Made by a program: the position numbers and the translations under genes
The notes under the pieces: generated by a model
What the model was told of the DNA's origin: nothing
Databases searched by the model: none
Seen by the model: only the letters and a program-made list of their open reading frames with translations
NCBI GenBank assembly: GCA_964016885.1
Contig: OZ024741.1
Location: forward strand, 294,810,001-294,874,000
Direction of reading: 5' to 3'
Source of the DNA: Eledone cirrhosa
Taxonomy: Eukaryota
DNA length: 64,000 nt
Part shown: in pieces, positions 12,955 to 25,689 of the stretch
Layout of the letters: every line of letters begins with the position of its first letter
Numbering within the stretch: the first letter of the stretch is position 1

Positions 12955-13517
12955 TCCTTTCACTGTGTTTTAGAGTTCAATTTACTTAAGTATCCATATG
13001 TAGTAATACTATGTCTGAAAGGGTTAAAATATTTAATTTGTTACATTGATATAATTGAATAAAATGTCTAAACTCCATTGGGAAAATTAGTTGTTTTGTT
13101 TCAAAAATTGTGTTTAATAGGATTTGTGAACAATTTCAGGTATGCAAGCAACACATCATGCTAATTTTTTCAAAATGAATTCTGTTTTGTACTAGTTGAT
13201 ATTTTGAAGAGATTTACTTGATGAAGTAGACAAAAGTCATTTATCAATTATTACTGAAAATATACAGATGCATCTAACAAAGAGCTATTTACTTCGTGTT
13301 CCTTTGAATTGGCAAATGCTTAGTGGTTAATGAGGACTTTGGAAGGATTGTATTGCTTGCTATAAATAAAATCTTTGAAATATGTTCTGTACACAAGACT
13401 GCAACTACATTTATGCAATTGATGCTTTAATGGTACAAGCAACATGCATGGGAAAAAAGTATAGTGACCAAGTATTTAGATGTACTTCAATTGAAGTTTT
13501 AAGCAACACACTGTCAA

Positions 13518-13709
13518 CAGGACCTAATTAGACCTATAGGGGCCCGGGGCAGTTCAGATATGGAGGGCCTCCTATATAACAACACACACACATTTTATTT
13601 ATAGCAAGCAATACACACACACACATATAAACAGAGGGAGAGGGGTCTCTGTTTGATGAGGGAGGCCCAAAGCATTCACCTCCATCTATCCCCAATAAAT
13701 CTGGCCCTG
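13518..13709. mobile_element. hAT-type MITE
   Basis: Imperfect TIRs CAGGACCTAATT / AATCTGGCCCTG and a perfect 8-bp TSD ACTGTCAA (13510-13517 and 13710-13717). Confidence 0.85.
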
Positions 13710-14289
13710 ACTGTCAAGCACATTCTTTAAGACTTAATAGGTAGTTAACTTCAATGGAATGTAAAATATTATCTAGTGTGATGATTAAAAGTTTGTAGAT
13801 TACAATACTGATCAAGTATTTACCAAAATGGAAGACTTTACTTGCTAAGTTGAAAAAACAAATAGCATAGAAAGTTTTGAAAGAACAGTGATGCCTGGTA
13901 GTATCTTCACATGTATTTTGAGGTCATAATCACTTCTATTGAGCAGTGTTTTCATCAAGTGGTAAGAAATGCTCAGCATAGCTGGACAGCAGAAAGTCTT
14001 GAGAAAAGAAAACCCCACAACTGAGTGTTTTTGGCCCTTAACTTCTTACACTTTAAGGGAGCTGAGCCACATCCAGGTCATGATTCCTGGATGCCCTTCT
14101 GCTGACATTTAACCATTCAGATATCAGAGATTTGCTGTGTAGTTAAACCATATGGATTAAATTTGAAGTTGTATTTAAGCCAGGAGACATTGCCTTTAAA
14201 GACAATCAACAAAGAAAGAAGCTAATTAGGAAAGTTATGCCAATAGCATTGGAATGAAATCTTTGATAGCTAAAATGCTAACATTTGAC

Positions 14290-14420
14290 AGAAGTTGTGA
14301 CCTGTAGATAGTATCAGCACTGGAAAGACCAATGGAAACATTGTTTCGTTGGTCAGATTTGATGAGTTCCACCCTACTTGGTAAGCGAGTAAGGTCTGGG
14401 ATCTTGTCGATCAATCCCAA
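14290..14420 (+). repeat. Unclassified dispersed repeat
   Basis: ACCAATGGAAACATTGTTTC...ATTTGATGAGTTC...AGGTCTGG recurs at ~47585-47720 (+) and partly at ~48975-49040 (-). Confidence 0.7.
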
Positions 14421-15020
14421 AAATATATATAAAAAATACATATATTTTCAGTTTGGTTAACATTGTAGATAATTTGAGGTGGAGAATATCTTATGGAAAG
14501 CACCTAATGTAAGAGATTTGTACAGTTTTTCAACATTTACTGGCAAATCCTGCAACACCTGCTATGGCTGAACAACCATTTTCTCTAACAAAATGATTAA
14601 TAAGATATCTTCGGTCAAGAATAACATAAGAGATATTTAATTTCTCTGGCTCTCCTTTCGTAGCACACAAAAAACAACAAAATAATAAAATCAAACAAAT
14701 ACAGACACATAGAGAAAATAAATCTGATTGTAACTGCTGCAGGATTTGCTTCCCAAAATGAAAATAAGCATAAATATTTTGGCAAAGTCTGACTGGTTTT
14801 ATGCTAAATTCAGTTTAGTAATCAAGTTTTATACTTACAACTGTTTGTGTCTCTTAGAATAGCATACTGTGGTGGATAATTTATAATACATACATTAAAA
14901 ATTCTTATCAATGCTATCCAGTCTTCCCAGTTATGGAATAACTCAGTCAATAGTCACACAGAATTCATGTATTATTTTGTGCTTGCATTTACAGTTATCT
15001 TTGAACATTCATTTGTATAT

Positions 15021-17490
15021 CATCATCATCATCATCATCAACGTTTAACGTCCGTGTTCCACGCTTGCATGGGTTTGGACGGGGGTAGTCCCACTTGAGG
15101 CAAGAGTGATTGTCTTGCTCGCATAGGACTGTCTGGCAGGTTTTCTACAGTTGGATGCCCTTCCTAACACCAACCACATTTACAGTGTGGGTCTGGGAGG
15201 TTTTTACCGTGTTGCCTACACGGCCACATTACAGCGTGGACTGTGTGTTTTTTTGTCGTGACACCTACACGATCGCATTTGTTTCGGCCTGGATGGCGCG
15301 GCACCAACATAACTTTACATAGAACGGGGTGGTGTGGATGGGGTGGGGGTGGTGGGACGGGGTGTATTTTGTTAGAGATGCCTACTGGCTGGAGTAGGTT
15401 TTACTATATATTTAGGTAAGGCGGGTCTTCTCTGTTACTGAGTACCGCCAAAGGTCTCGGTCCAGTGACATTGTCTTGGAGAGGTGTAAGTGTGTGATGT
15501 CGGAGTTTATCAGCTCGTCCCAGGTTTTTCTAGGTCTGCCTATTCCGTGACTACCGTCTATCTTTATTGCCCTGCACTTTGTTATACAGCTATCGACTTT
15601 CATGCGTATCACGTGTCCATACCAACGTAGCCTTCTCTCGAGTAAACAACATCTGATCCCTCTTATCTCTAATTTTTTCCTTAGTTCGTTTATGCTTTGC
15701 CGTTCACGTATATTACTGTTACACATCCAGCGGAGCATGCAAGCTTCGTTCCTCTCTAGTCTGCGTATATCCTCTGCACACATTGCCCAGGTCTCACTGC
15801 CATGCAACATTGCTGTTCGTATGCAGGCATCGTACAACCTGCCTTTCATTTTTAGGGAGAACCCTTTAGCAGCTAATAGTGGTATAAGCTCTCTGAACTT
15901 TTTCCAACCAGTTCTGACTCTAGCTACAGTACTTTCAGAGCACCCTCCCCCACTGCTGATTTTATCGCCCAGGTAACGGAAGCTGTCCACTATTTCTATA
16001 GAACCCTCTGCGCAATTGAAAGAGCTAGTATTTTGTGGGCACTTGCTGCTACTTATTGCACCAGAACACCGGCCACATGTAAAATCTATGTTCTTAGTTA
16101 GCTTACCTGTGATCCCACTACATCTTTTATGCACCCATACTTTGCATTTAGGACATAAAATGGAGTTTCTACCTACGCCTTTCCTACACACCGAGCACGA
16201 CCATTTCCCAGAAGGGACCGCCACCTTGTCTTCTTTCCTACAAACTAGAACTTTGGTCTTAGCCAGGTTAATTTTAAGTCCTTTTGACTCTAGGCCGTGC
16301 TTCCATGTTTGGAATTTCTTCTCTAGCTCGGCCATTGATTCCGCTATGAGTGTCAGGTCGTCTGCGTATAGGAGTTCCCATGGGTAGCCTGTCTTGAACT
16401 CCTCTGTTATAGCCTGAAGGGCAATAATAAATAGTAGGGGGCTGAGAACAGAGCCCTGATGGACGCCAACTTTTACGCTAAACTCTTCACTATATTCGTT
16501 GTTAATTCTAACCTTGCTGACTGTTTCTTTATACATGGCTTGTATAGCCCTCACAAGCCATTCGTCAACGCCTAGTTTTCTAAGAGCCCACCAGATAATG
16601 GAGCGGGGGACTCTGTCGAAGGCTTTCTCCAAGTCGACAAAAGCTAAGTAGAGGGGTTTACCTTTAGCTAGGTACTTCTCCTGTAGTTGTCGTACTATGA
16701 AAAGAGTGTCTGTGGTACTTTTGCCTGACACAAACCCGAACTGCATTTCATCTAGGTCAATTCTCTCTCTGATTAGTTGCGCTATTACTTTTTCCGTGAC
16801 CTTCATGCCCTGGTCGATTAATTTAATGCCTCTATAGTTACTCCTATCTAGGGCGTCTCCTTTACCCTTATAACAGTTAACGATGATGCTGCTATGCCAG
16901 TCCTTCGGAACAACCCCATTCTGTACGACTTGGTTAACTATGCGGGTGACCATGGTGTGTCCCACCGTGCCAGATGCCTTCAGCATCTCAGCAACTATTT
17001 CCGAAGGCCCAGCCGCCTTACCCGTCTTCATATCCTTGATTGCCTTACTTATTATACTCCCCTCGACTAACACTGCTGGTCCCTCTATTGGGTCGATATG
17101 GGGGAGACTGTCTTTCTCCCATTTATTCTCCTCATTTAGTAGCCTTTCATAGTGACACTTCCAAGCTACCTTCTTATCAGTGTCGGTGATGGCAAGTATG
17201 CCATCATCGTTAAGTACACACTTCTCCCCGACAATATCATGGTTTTCCTTGACGCATTGCCTAGCAATCCTGAACACCTCACGTTTTTGGTCATCGCGTT
17301 GTAGAACATGCTTGAACTTTCTTTCCTCAGCTTCCCTTCTTGCTAAGTACACTTCTCTCCTAGCTTCCCTCCTGGCCACTTGATACTCTACTTCCCCCAT
17401 CCTGCCATACTTTCCAAGCCTGCTTTTTGGCCTTAATTGACCCCTCCACCTTACTGTTCCACCACCATGTTACTCTCCTCCTGCCTACAG
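15021..17490 (-). mobile_element. RTE-clade LINE, 5'-truncated, with 3' UTR and (GAT)n tail
   Basis: RT ORF, a 3' UTR with ~50-bp internal repeats, and (CAT)n at 15021-15040. The 5' end abuts (TA)n and no APE endonuclease domain is present. Confidence 0.95.
15412..17400 (-). CDS. RTE reverse transcriptase (N-terminally truncated ORF, 662 aa) with an internal PHD-like Cys/His finger
   Basis: NYRGIKL, QFGF, FVDLEKAFDRV, GVHQGSVLSPLLF, LLYADD, FRYLG, RLRWYGHV and GRPRKTW motifs. The upstream VTWWWN motif lies in another frame, so the annotated Met is not the real start. Confidence 0.93.
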   Translation of the reverse strand: MGEVEYQVARREARREVYLARREAEERKFKHVLQRDDQKREVFRIARQCVKENHDIVGEKCVLNDDGILAITDTDKKVAWKCHYERLLNEENKWEKDSLPHIDPIEGPAVLVEGSIISKAIKDMKTGKAAGPSEIVAEMLKASGTVGHTMVTRIVNQVVQNGVVPKDWHSSIIVNCYKGKGDALDRSNYRGIKLIDQGMKVTEKVIAQLIRERIDLDEMQFGFVSGKSTTDTLFIVRQLQEKYLAKGKPLYLAFVDLEKAFDRVPRSIIWWALRKLGVDEWLVRAIQAMYKETVSKVRINNEYSEEFSVKVGVHQGSVLSPLLFIIALQAITEEFKTGYPWELLYADDLTLIAESMAELEKKFQTWKHGLESKGLKINLAKTKVLVCRKEDKVAVPSGKWSCSVCRKGVGRNSILCPKCKVWVHKRCSGITGKLTKNIDFTCGRCSGAISSSKCPQNTSSFNCAEGSIEIVDSFRYLGDKISSGGGCSESTVARVRTGWKKFRELIPLLAAKGFSLKMKGRLYDACIRTAMLHGSETWAMCAEDIRRLERNEACMLRWMCNSNIRERQSINELRKKLEIRGIRCCLLERRLRWYGHVIRMKVDSCITKCRAIKIDGSHGIGRPRKTWDELINSDITHLHLSKTMSLDRDLWRYSVTEKTRLT

Positions 17491-17549
17491 GCCTATGTAT
17501 ATATATATAAATAAATATACACGGGTGCGTATGATTGTGTATATAAGAT

Positions 17550-17928
17550 TATATTAATAAAAGGAATTCCAACTTTGTCTGATTTACTCGTTTTATTTAC
17601 ATTCCTTTAAAATTATAATGATACTATAACGAAATAGTATGGTAGAATGTTAAGTGTTAATTGAACAAGTACTTTCATGCTTTCGCAATCTTCAAATTCA
17701 TATTGTGTGGTGACAGTCAAGTTTGCAATTTTCAACTGTTGAAAATTACAAACTTGACTGTCACCACAGAATATGAACCTGAAGATTGCGAAAGCATGAA
17801 AGTACTTGTTCAATTAACACTTAACATTTAATATTCTACCATACTATTTCGTTATAATATTATAATTTTAAAGGATTGTAAATAAAAAGAGTAAATCAGA
17901 CAAATTTGGAATTCCTTTTATTAATATA
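17550..17928. repeat. ~380-bp near-perfect palindrome (centre 17737), repeat family H2
   Basis: Arms are reverse complements around TTTTCAAC-T-GTTGAAAA; flanked by (TA)n. Confidence 0.95.
17774..17812 (+). ncRNA. Minimal type I hammerhead ribozyme candidate (family H2)
   Basis: Helix I TGAAC/GTTCA; core CTGAAGA; T-TGC-GAAA-GCA-T helix II; GAAA; palindromic GTAC in place of helix III; UU cleavage dinucleotide. The mirror copy at 17662-17700 (-) has C3>U. Confidence 0.7.
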
Positions 17929-17984
17929 TATATATATATATCATCATCATGTTCAATACTTGAGATAGTGGAGTATGATTATAT

Positions 17985-18099
17985 TAGAATGAATCGGGAC
18001 CCAAAGACTGAGCTCCTGCCATTTTGACAGCTAATTCCAGGCTGGAATTAGCTGTCAAAACTGCAAGAACTCAGCCATCAGTCCCCAACTCATTCTAAT
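17985..18099. repeat. Imperfect palindrome, centre ~18040
   Basis: TTTTGACAGCTAATTCCAG-G-CTGGAATTAGCTGTCAAAA core with degenerate outer arms (ATTAGAATGA / TCATTCTAAT). Confidence 0.8.
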
Positions 18100-18874
18100 C
18101 ATCATCATGACCGTTTTACATCAGTTCTTCCATGCTAGCATGGGTTAGACGGGTTGTCCTGTTGTGGGCAGTGTCTGGTCAGCTGACCATGCCTTGCTCA
18201 TAGAGGAACTGATTTTGGCTTGATTTCTACAGCTGGATGCCCTTCCTAACACCAACCTCATTTACAGTGAGTGCTGGGTGTTTTATTCCGTGGCGCCTAC
18301 ACGTCCACTTTACAGTGTGGGCTGGGTGCTTTTTTGCCGTAACACCTCCACGACCACTTTGCAGTGGGAGGGTGTGGGGGCATATTGTCTATATGCTTCA
18401 GCTTGTACCCATGGCAGGTCGGTACTCTGTATTACTGCATGACGCCAGAGGTCACGGTCGTGTGTCATCTCCTTTGAGAGGTGTAATTGGGTAAGGTCGG
18501 CTTTTATCACCTATCCCAGGTCTTCTTGGGTCTCCCCACTCTGCGGTTTCCATCGACTTCTAGTGCTCTGCACCTTTTTATGCAGCTGTCATCCTTCATA
18601 CACATAGCATGTCCATACCAACGCAACCGCCTCTCCTGCACACAGCATTGATTCCTCTTATGCTCAGTCTCTCTCTCAATTCATTTATGCTTTGCCGTTC
18701 GCGTATATTACTATTACACATCCATCGGAGCATGCAGGCTTTGTTTCTCTCTAATTTACGTAAGTCTTCCACCTTCAGCGCCCAGGTCTCACTACCATGT
18801 AACACTGCTGTTCGGATACATGCATCATACAGCAATGTTACATGGTAGTGAGACCTGGACGCTGAAGGTAGAAG

Positions 18875-18875
<1 letters not shown>
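18098..18875 (-). mobile_element. RTE LINE 3' fragment (second subfamily) with an inverted 5' tip
   Basis: Codes YDACIRTAVLHGSETWALKVEDLRKLERN...; 18829-18874 is the reverse complement of ~18766-18810, followed by (TA)n. Confidence 0.9.
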
Positions 18876-18908
<33 letters not shown>

Positions 18909-19759
18909 TGTTATATTTGAAGATGGTCATGTTGCCAATATTGCCAATAAAAGGAAACACATGCACCATATAATTTTCACTTTATCTTTATTGTTCATTA
19001 TTCATTTATTTTTCAAAGTTCTTTTGTCACACATTCTATAACCTCCTGAATGATTGTTTTGTGCCACCTCTTTTTCCTGGTATTAAACTTCTACTCCATC
19101 TTGTATTTGTTTGTTTTTTGGTGCGTTTTTTGTGTTTCATGTCCATGCATATATTTGCACCTGTGTCTCTGTGAGTGTGTATGTATATAAGAGAGAGATT
19201 AAAGGAACATTGGCAAGAACTTAAGGATAAGAAAAGCTCATCAGTGCTATGCCAAACTAAGACACCAAGGCACAATAGATAACATAGAAATAAAGATCCA
19301 ATCCACACATCCCCAAATATAACCATATTGGTTCAACACACAATTTCACATCAAGGATCTTGCAGAACAAATACATAATAGCATATATATATATTTGAAA
19401 GGATAGATGTTAACAAATGTTCTGACCATCTTCAACACATGCTAACATTAATTCACACACAAAATACACACGCGCACACGCCCACCCCTTAGAAATAACT
19501 CTGTAGTGCTTGAAGATAACTTTATTCTGAACAAAACTGAAGTGTAAAGTTTTGTATTGAATAGGACCTTACAAACTGAAAGTTAAACATGAATAAGTAT
19601 TTTTTAAACTTTCTCTTCCCTCACAGTACAGCTTCCCTTTGTAAATTAAAGCATATCTTGCTATTTATGTCATAAAACTGATTATTGTTGTTATTACTCA
19701 GAAGAAGCCAGTTTTAGATATTAATTATCTAGTTATCTATTACAGTAATAAATTTTCTC

Positions 19760-20130
19760 ATCATCATCATCATCTTTATCACCATTTAATATCTATTTTT
19801 CCATGCTACCATGGGTTAGACGAGTTGTCCTATTGTGTGACAAGGCAGATCAGATGACCATGTCTTGCTCATACACAACTGATTTTGGCTTGGTTTCTAC
19901 AGCCCTTCCTAACACCATCCAAATTTACAGTGTGTGCTGGGTGCTTTTTGTCATGACACCTACATGACCACTTTACAGTGTTGCCTAGGCTTGTTTTGTC
20001 ATGGTACCAAAGCAATGATTTCATAGTGTGGATTGGGGGGTGCATGGGGGTAGAAGAGGTAGATATATGGATGGGGAACTTAGATGAGGGTGAGGTAGGG
20101 ACTTATGTGAATGGCGGGGAAGGTAGGGGA
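19760..20130 (-). mobile_element. RTE 3' UTR fragment
   Basis: (CAT)n tail plus CCATGCTACCATGGGTTAGACG and TTTACAGTGTG repeats shared with 18098-18400. Confidence 0.8.
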
Positions 20131-22047
20131 AAGTGATTCATACTGAATGTATGATTCAACCTATTTATCTAAATTATCTCTATATCAGTAATAAATGTTT
20201 ACATGTCATAGTTAATTTAATTGTAATCTTTGAGTATCTTTGAATAGATACATTCAGTTATTTCATGTTTCCTCTTTTATGGATTTATAATGATTCTAAA
20301 GGCAAATTGTATACATACTTCAATGCAGTTTAACTTAGGAACACACCTTTAAGTACAGCATTGTAAATTATGTGTGTATTCTATTCATATATGTCTATTA
20401 TTAAAGTTCTTCCATATTTCTGAGACAATCGAATCTTGGTATTATTATATTAAACCATGATATGTTTAAACTTCATAGAAGCACATTCATATTTTCTTTC
20501 TTTATACAAGAAACATTGATAATAAAGTTTAAAAGATATACAACTGGCAATTAAGTTTAAGTAAAATGTATGGTATCTAACATTCTGAATATCACAGTAT
20601 AGAAAGCAGAATCTACTAAATGGATATTCAGAGGTATTTAAACGTTGCCCTTCCATCTGACATTGTAAGTTTTACTACTGTAACACAAACTTGTCAGATA
20701 GATAGAAAACCTCTATTCAAAGGTATCTAATATTCTTTAAAATACAGCTTTCAAAGATTTCTATCAAGATTAATTGTATTTACTTATTTCTTTTTTTAAT
20801 CTGAAATATAAGCGATTAAAATTGGAATCTTCAGAACTCTTCATAGAAAAACATTTTCTTTATATATACTGAGACTAAAGAATAAGATTTACAAAATAAC
20901 GCAATAGAATTATTAAGTTCTCAAAACTTAAAAGCGATTCTTGTCTTCTTTGAAATATCCTTGTTTGTCAGCAGGTTTGGATATTATTGTTCTGTTTAAT
21001 CACAATTTGACATTCTTTTGGCATAATGGATATCAGTAAAACAATAGAAATTATTTATACTTACTTCATCAAAAACAATACCTTGTTCAGAAGAATGAAA
21101 TTTCCCTTAGAAACCAAACTTCAATAACGTTAACATTTTCTTTTCAATTAGGAAAGCTATATCAAAACTTACATGGAAAATATAATTCATAGAAAGTCTT
21201 ATTCTTAAGAGTCTTGATATGTAAAACTACATACATATTTCTTATTGATTAAAGAATCATGCTGTAGGTTATCCTGCTAATTGCAGTCTTAACTTTAAAT
21301 ACAGAGGACATAAAAAGTTAATCCTTTCATTATCTAGATGAATAAAGTTTCGTGAAAATGTTTACATTTTAGTTCAAATATTTGAAAGCCTGTAGCATAA
21401 CAAACTGGAAATAAATTGTGGTCATGATTTTAATTGGCAAACATTAAAAAGAGAGATTTTTTCTAAGCTTTATATAAAGAATGTAGATGTATTCTTTTAT
21501 GATATTTAGTTAAAAACCACGATTGGAAGAATCACAGTGAAATTATAGAATATTATCACTACTACTTGTACTTGTGGCAATGTTCATCCAAGGTGGGTTG
21601 AGCCAACTCCATCGAAGGAATTGACAGTGTAAGATCATTTCAATGGAGTTTCACAAGTGGTGCCCAGCCACAAGTATATGCACTTTAGGATAGTGCAATT
21701 AAAGCATTGCATAGGTTATAGCTCTGAGCTCTCACTTTCACACCCAACCCAATTTGGTTGAGCTAGTGCCATGAGAGGGAATTTGACTGGAAGAGGTGAT
21801 AAACACAATTTATTTGAGCCATTTTGTAGGCTAGCAGGTGTTCAGTCCACTGCCCAGCTCAGACACCAACCCTCAAACCTATCACAAGATAGTGGAATGA
21901 CAATTTACAATTGACAGGTCATTGATTGAGACAACTTGAAGAAATATGAATATTGATGGCAGATTCAAACATATCAAATGCATGTGACATTGGTTTGATT
22001 GGAATATCAGCTGAGAGCAAATAATTATTATAGTTTAGTTGGGAGCT

Positions 22048-22470
22048 AGGCATGGTGGATTGGTAGAATTGTTAGAGCACTACAACATGCTTTGTGTTAT
22101 TTATTATGGTTCTTTATGTTCTGAGTTCAAACCTGCTGAAGTCAACTTTCCCTTTCATCCTTTTGGAGATCAAAAATAAAATAGTACCACTCAAGTACTG
22201 AGGCTGTTTTAAACGATTTTCTTTTCCCCAAATTAGTGGCTTTCTTCTTTTTTGCCCTCTTATTTCTGGGAGGGTTGTGGGGGCAGAGTACACCTCTTCC
22301 AGCACGTCCTGTCAGATCCAGCTGGATTCCCAAGTGAGACCAGCGATTTTCATGGATGTTAGCTAACAATCTTGCTTGTGCCTAAATTAGAAATCATTAT
22401 TTAGTTAAGAGTTTAAAATAAAGTACCAGTAATTGCTGGCCTTGTGCCTAACGTAGAAACAATTATTTTG
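22048..22470 (+). mobile_element. tRNA-derived SINE, family B, interrupted or duplicated at its 3' end
   Basis: GGTGGATTGG...GAGTTCAAA...CTTTCATCCTT...AAAATAGTACC...GGCCTTGTGCCTAA...GAAACAATTATT family signature. Confidence 0.75.
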
Positions 22471-22753
22471 TTAAGAGTTTGAATCTGAAATAAAAAGTGC
22501 AATATGATGTACAAAAAAAACATTTCATTACTTTTTTTTAACAGAACATATTTGGAAACAAGTTGATACAACTGAAGCTGCTGTAAACTAATGAGAAGGC
22601 TTTAATATTTACAACAGAAAAAAAGACAGAATTACAAAACTACACAATTATCATTCTCCTGCATCTAAATATGAATTTTATATGGCCTTGTGCTTATGTT
22701 AGAAATAATTTATCATCATCATCAGGACCACCATCATCACATTCACCACCCTC

Positions 22754-22800
<47 letters not shown>

Positions 22801-22994
22801 TCTTATATTCTTTTACTGGTTTCAGTCATCAGACTTCTATCATGCAGATGTACTACTTCTATAAGATTTTAGTTGGTCATTTCAAGCTCAGTACTTATGA
22901 CATATGCTTATTTTATATTTTATCAATCTTTTTTTTTTTTATTGAAGTTGCATAATATAAATAAGCAATAAATATAAATATGGACACTCAGACA

Positions 22995-23142
22995 CACAAC
23001 AGGTTTCCACACAGTTTCACTCACAAGGCATTGGTCAACCAAAGGCTTTATCAGAAGATACTTGTACAAGGCACCACACAGTGGGTTTGAACCCCAAAGC
23101 TCATAGTTGTAAAGGAACTTTTTAATTACACAGCTATGTCTA
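22995..23142 (-). mobile_element. tRNA-derived SINE, family C (CORE-like body)
   Basis: Minus strand has B-box GGTTCAAACCC then CCTTGTACAAGTATCTTC...GACCAATGCCTTGTGAG. Relatives at ~31050-31205 (-) and ~43760-43900 (+). Confidence 0.7.
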
Positions 23143-23429
23143 CGTATTATTAATATAGTTTTTGTTTTTATTTATATTATTTGTATTTATATTTTTGTAT
23201 CATCCTTTGATATATTTTGACGAAAATTTTGAAGCTAAGATAATAAGTAACATAAATCCAGAAACCTTCAAAGGAATTATTTCTTTTTGAAATATTTTAA
23301 TTAAATTTTCTTCACATCAAAAATTTGAATCATAATATAGAAATACATTTTAATGAATTTTGGATAAATATGGCTTAAATAAATAGAAGCAATTAATTTC
23401 TGTGTTTTGTATTTGGCAGAAAGATGTAG

Positions 23430-23870
23430 TGGATTTGGTAGAATAGTCAGGTCATTAGACAAAATATAATAGGATATTTGACTTAAGTTCAAATCCCACT
23501 GAGATTAACTTTGCCTTTCATCCTTCTGAAGTTGATGAAGAAAGAATGCCGGTCAAGTAATGGTATTGATATAATCAAATTTTCCTTCCCATCAGATTTG
23601 CTGATCTTGCATCTAAACTAGAAAACATCATTATTATTGCTGGTGGATTAGCAGTATTGGTAAAGCATTTGACAATATGCTTTGTGGCATAGAATTGCAG
23701 CCCTTTATGTTCAGAGTTCAAATCCCACTAAGGTTAGCTTTGACTTTCATCCTAACAGGGGTCAATAAAATAAAGTACCAGTAATGCACTGGGATTGATT
23801 TAATCAACTTGCCCCTCTCCCCAAAATTGTTAGCCTTGTGCCTAAATCAGAAACTATTATTAGTATTATT
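23430..23870 (+). mobile_element. Two tandem family-B SINEs
   Basis: Two consecutive copies of the family-B signature separated by ATTATTATT. Confidence 0.8.
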
Positions 23871-24883
23871 ATAATATGCATACACACGTGTGTGTACATC
23901 TTCTAACTGAATTTGTATTGACTGAATGGACATGTGTAAACAAAAGCTTATTATTATTGCTGAAATATGCAAATAAACAACATTTCTTATAGAAACACTC
24001 TATAAAATGGATGTATCTTTTTGGAGTGTTCTGAAGAATTGTCTGAAGATGCCTTTGATGAGGATGTTATCTGTGAAAAGATGCCTTATAACTGTTCATT
24101 TGTTTATGGTAACTTACTGGCATAGCCATGTGCACATTTGTAAAGCTACACAATGTCCTGTAAAATGATCGTCTTCTTCACATATAAGACTCACTGATGT
24201 ATAAAATTCAGTCTAATATTCTCTGAAAATATTTTTCTTCAAAATTAATTAGATAGTAAAATAAACTAAAATATGTATGTCTGTTTATATATACAGTTAT
24301 ATTAATACATGTATACAATTATATTATGTATAGTATACTTATATAAACCATATATATATATACATATATAAACCAAGAAATATGTGTCAAAAGATTTGTT
24401 GGTAAAAGTAAGGTTGGATTATATTTTGCTTATTTTCACCAACTTCAAATACTACATAAATGAGATGCTTTGGAGGGACATATTACACCAGTGAAATTTG
24501 AGGTGAAATTTGTGGCCTTCAAAATGGTTGAAAATTGATTTTAAAAAATAATTATATAATGGAATTGTGAAACAAAAGCTATACACTAAATGATACTTAA
24601 AACATTTTAAATATCAAAATATTAAAACTTCATAATTATATTCTGCCCTCATGAGAATTTCACAACCATGCCATGTAAACATAATGCGTTGATTAACTAC
24701 CTCAGCTTATACATGGGATTTGGATTTTTGCCCATTTCTCAAGCATATAATAGTGGCCATATTCAAATCAGTTTATATTAGATTATTTACGGTAAGTTTT
24801 ATTCTAACACCTTGTCATCATCATTAAACTTCCATGTATATCATGCAGATATTTCGACATCACTCTAATATACATTTCAAAAA

Positions 24884-24954
<71 letters not shown>

Positions 24955-25051
24955 ATGTGTGTGTGTGTATATATATGTGTGTGTGTATATATGTGTGTGT
25001 GTGTATATATATATATGTGTGTATATGTGTGTATATATATATGTTTATATA

Positions 25052-25312
25052 AAGTGGTCGTGGAGGTGCCACAGCAAAAAAGCACCCAGCCCACACTGTA
25101 AAGTGGACGTGTAGGCGCCACGGAAAAAAGCACCCAGCACTCACTGTAAATGAGGTTGGTGTTAGGAAGGGCATCCAGCTGTAATCAAGCCAAAATCAGT
25201 TCCTGTATGAGCAAGGCATGGTCAGCCGACCAGACACTGCCCACAACAGGACAACCTGTCTAACCCATGCTAGCATGGAAGAACGAACGATAATGATGAT
25301 GATGATGATGAT
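25052..25312 (+). mobile_element. RTE 3' UTR fragment with (GAT)n tail inside a TA/TG microsatellite
   Basis: Near-identical reverse complement of 18110-18360; microsatellite on both sides. Confidence 0.9.
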
Positions 25313-25689
25313 GTATATATATATATATATATATGTATGTATATATATATGTATGTATATATGTATGTATATATATATGTATGTATATATATATATGTAT
25401 GTATGTATATATATATATCATCATCATCATCTATATATGCATTTTAGCTTTTCCTTCACACAAAACACTAATTAGGTCAGATGTAACCAAATACATTTAC
25501 TACTTCCAACCAATCGATGGTCTTCATATCTTTGCCTGTTGATACAAATGTGTTTGTGCTCTTAGATTTCTAACTCTCTATTTACCTGAAAAACTACTAA
25601 TTTTTTCTCTGTTTTTTAAACCATGAATTGCACTGGCTACAAAATACTCAATTTGAACTTTGCTCATTCTTTCAATATGAGTTATCATT

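Noticed and set aside
15602-17383. Plus-strand ORFs over the RTE, and minus-strand ORFs at 62645-63781
   Set aside because: Antisense shadows of the RT reading frame.
24055-24090. CTGAAGA-T...T-GAAA string
   Set aside because: No helix II or helix I pairing; likely chance.
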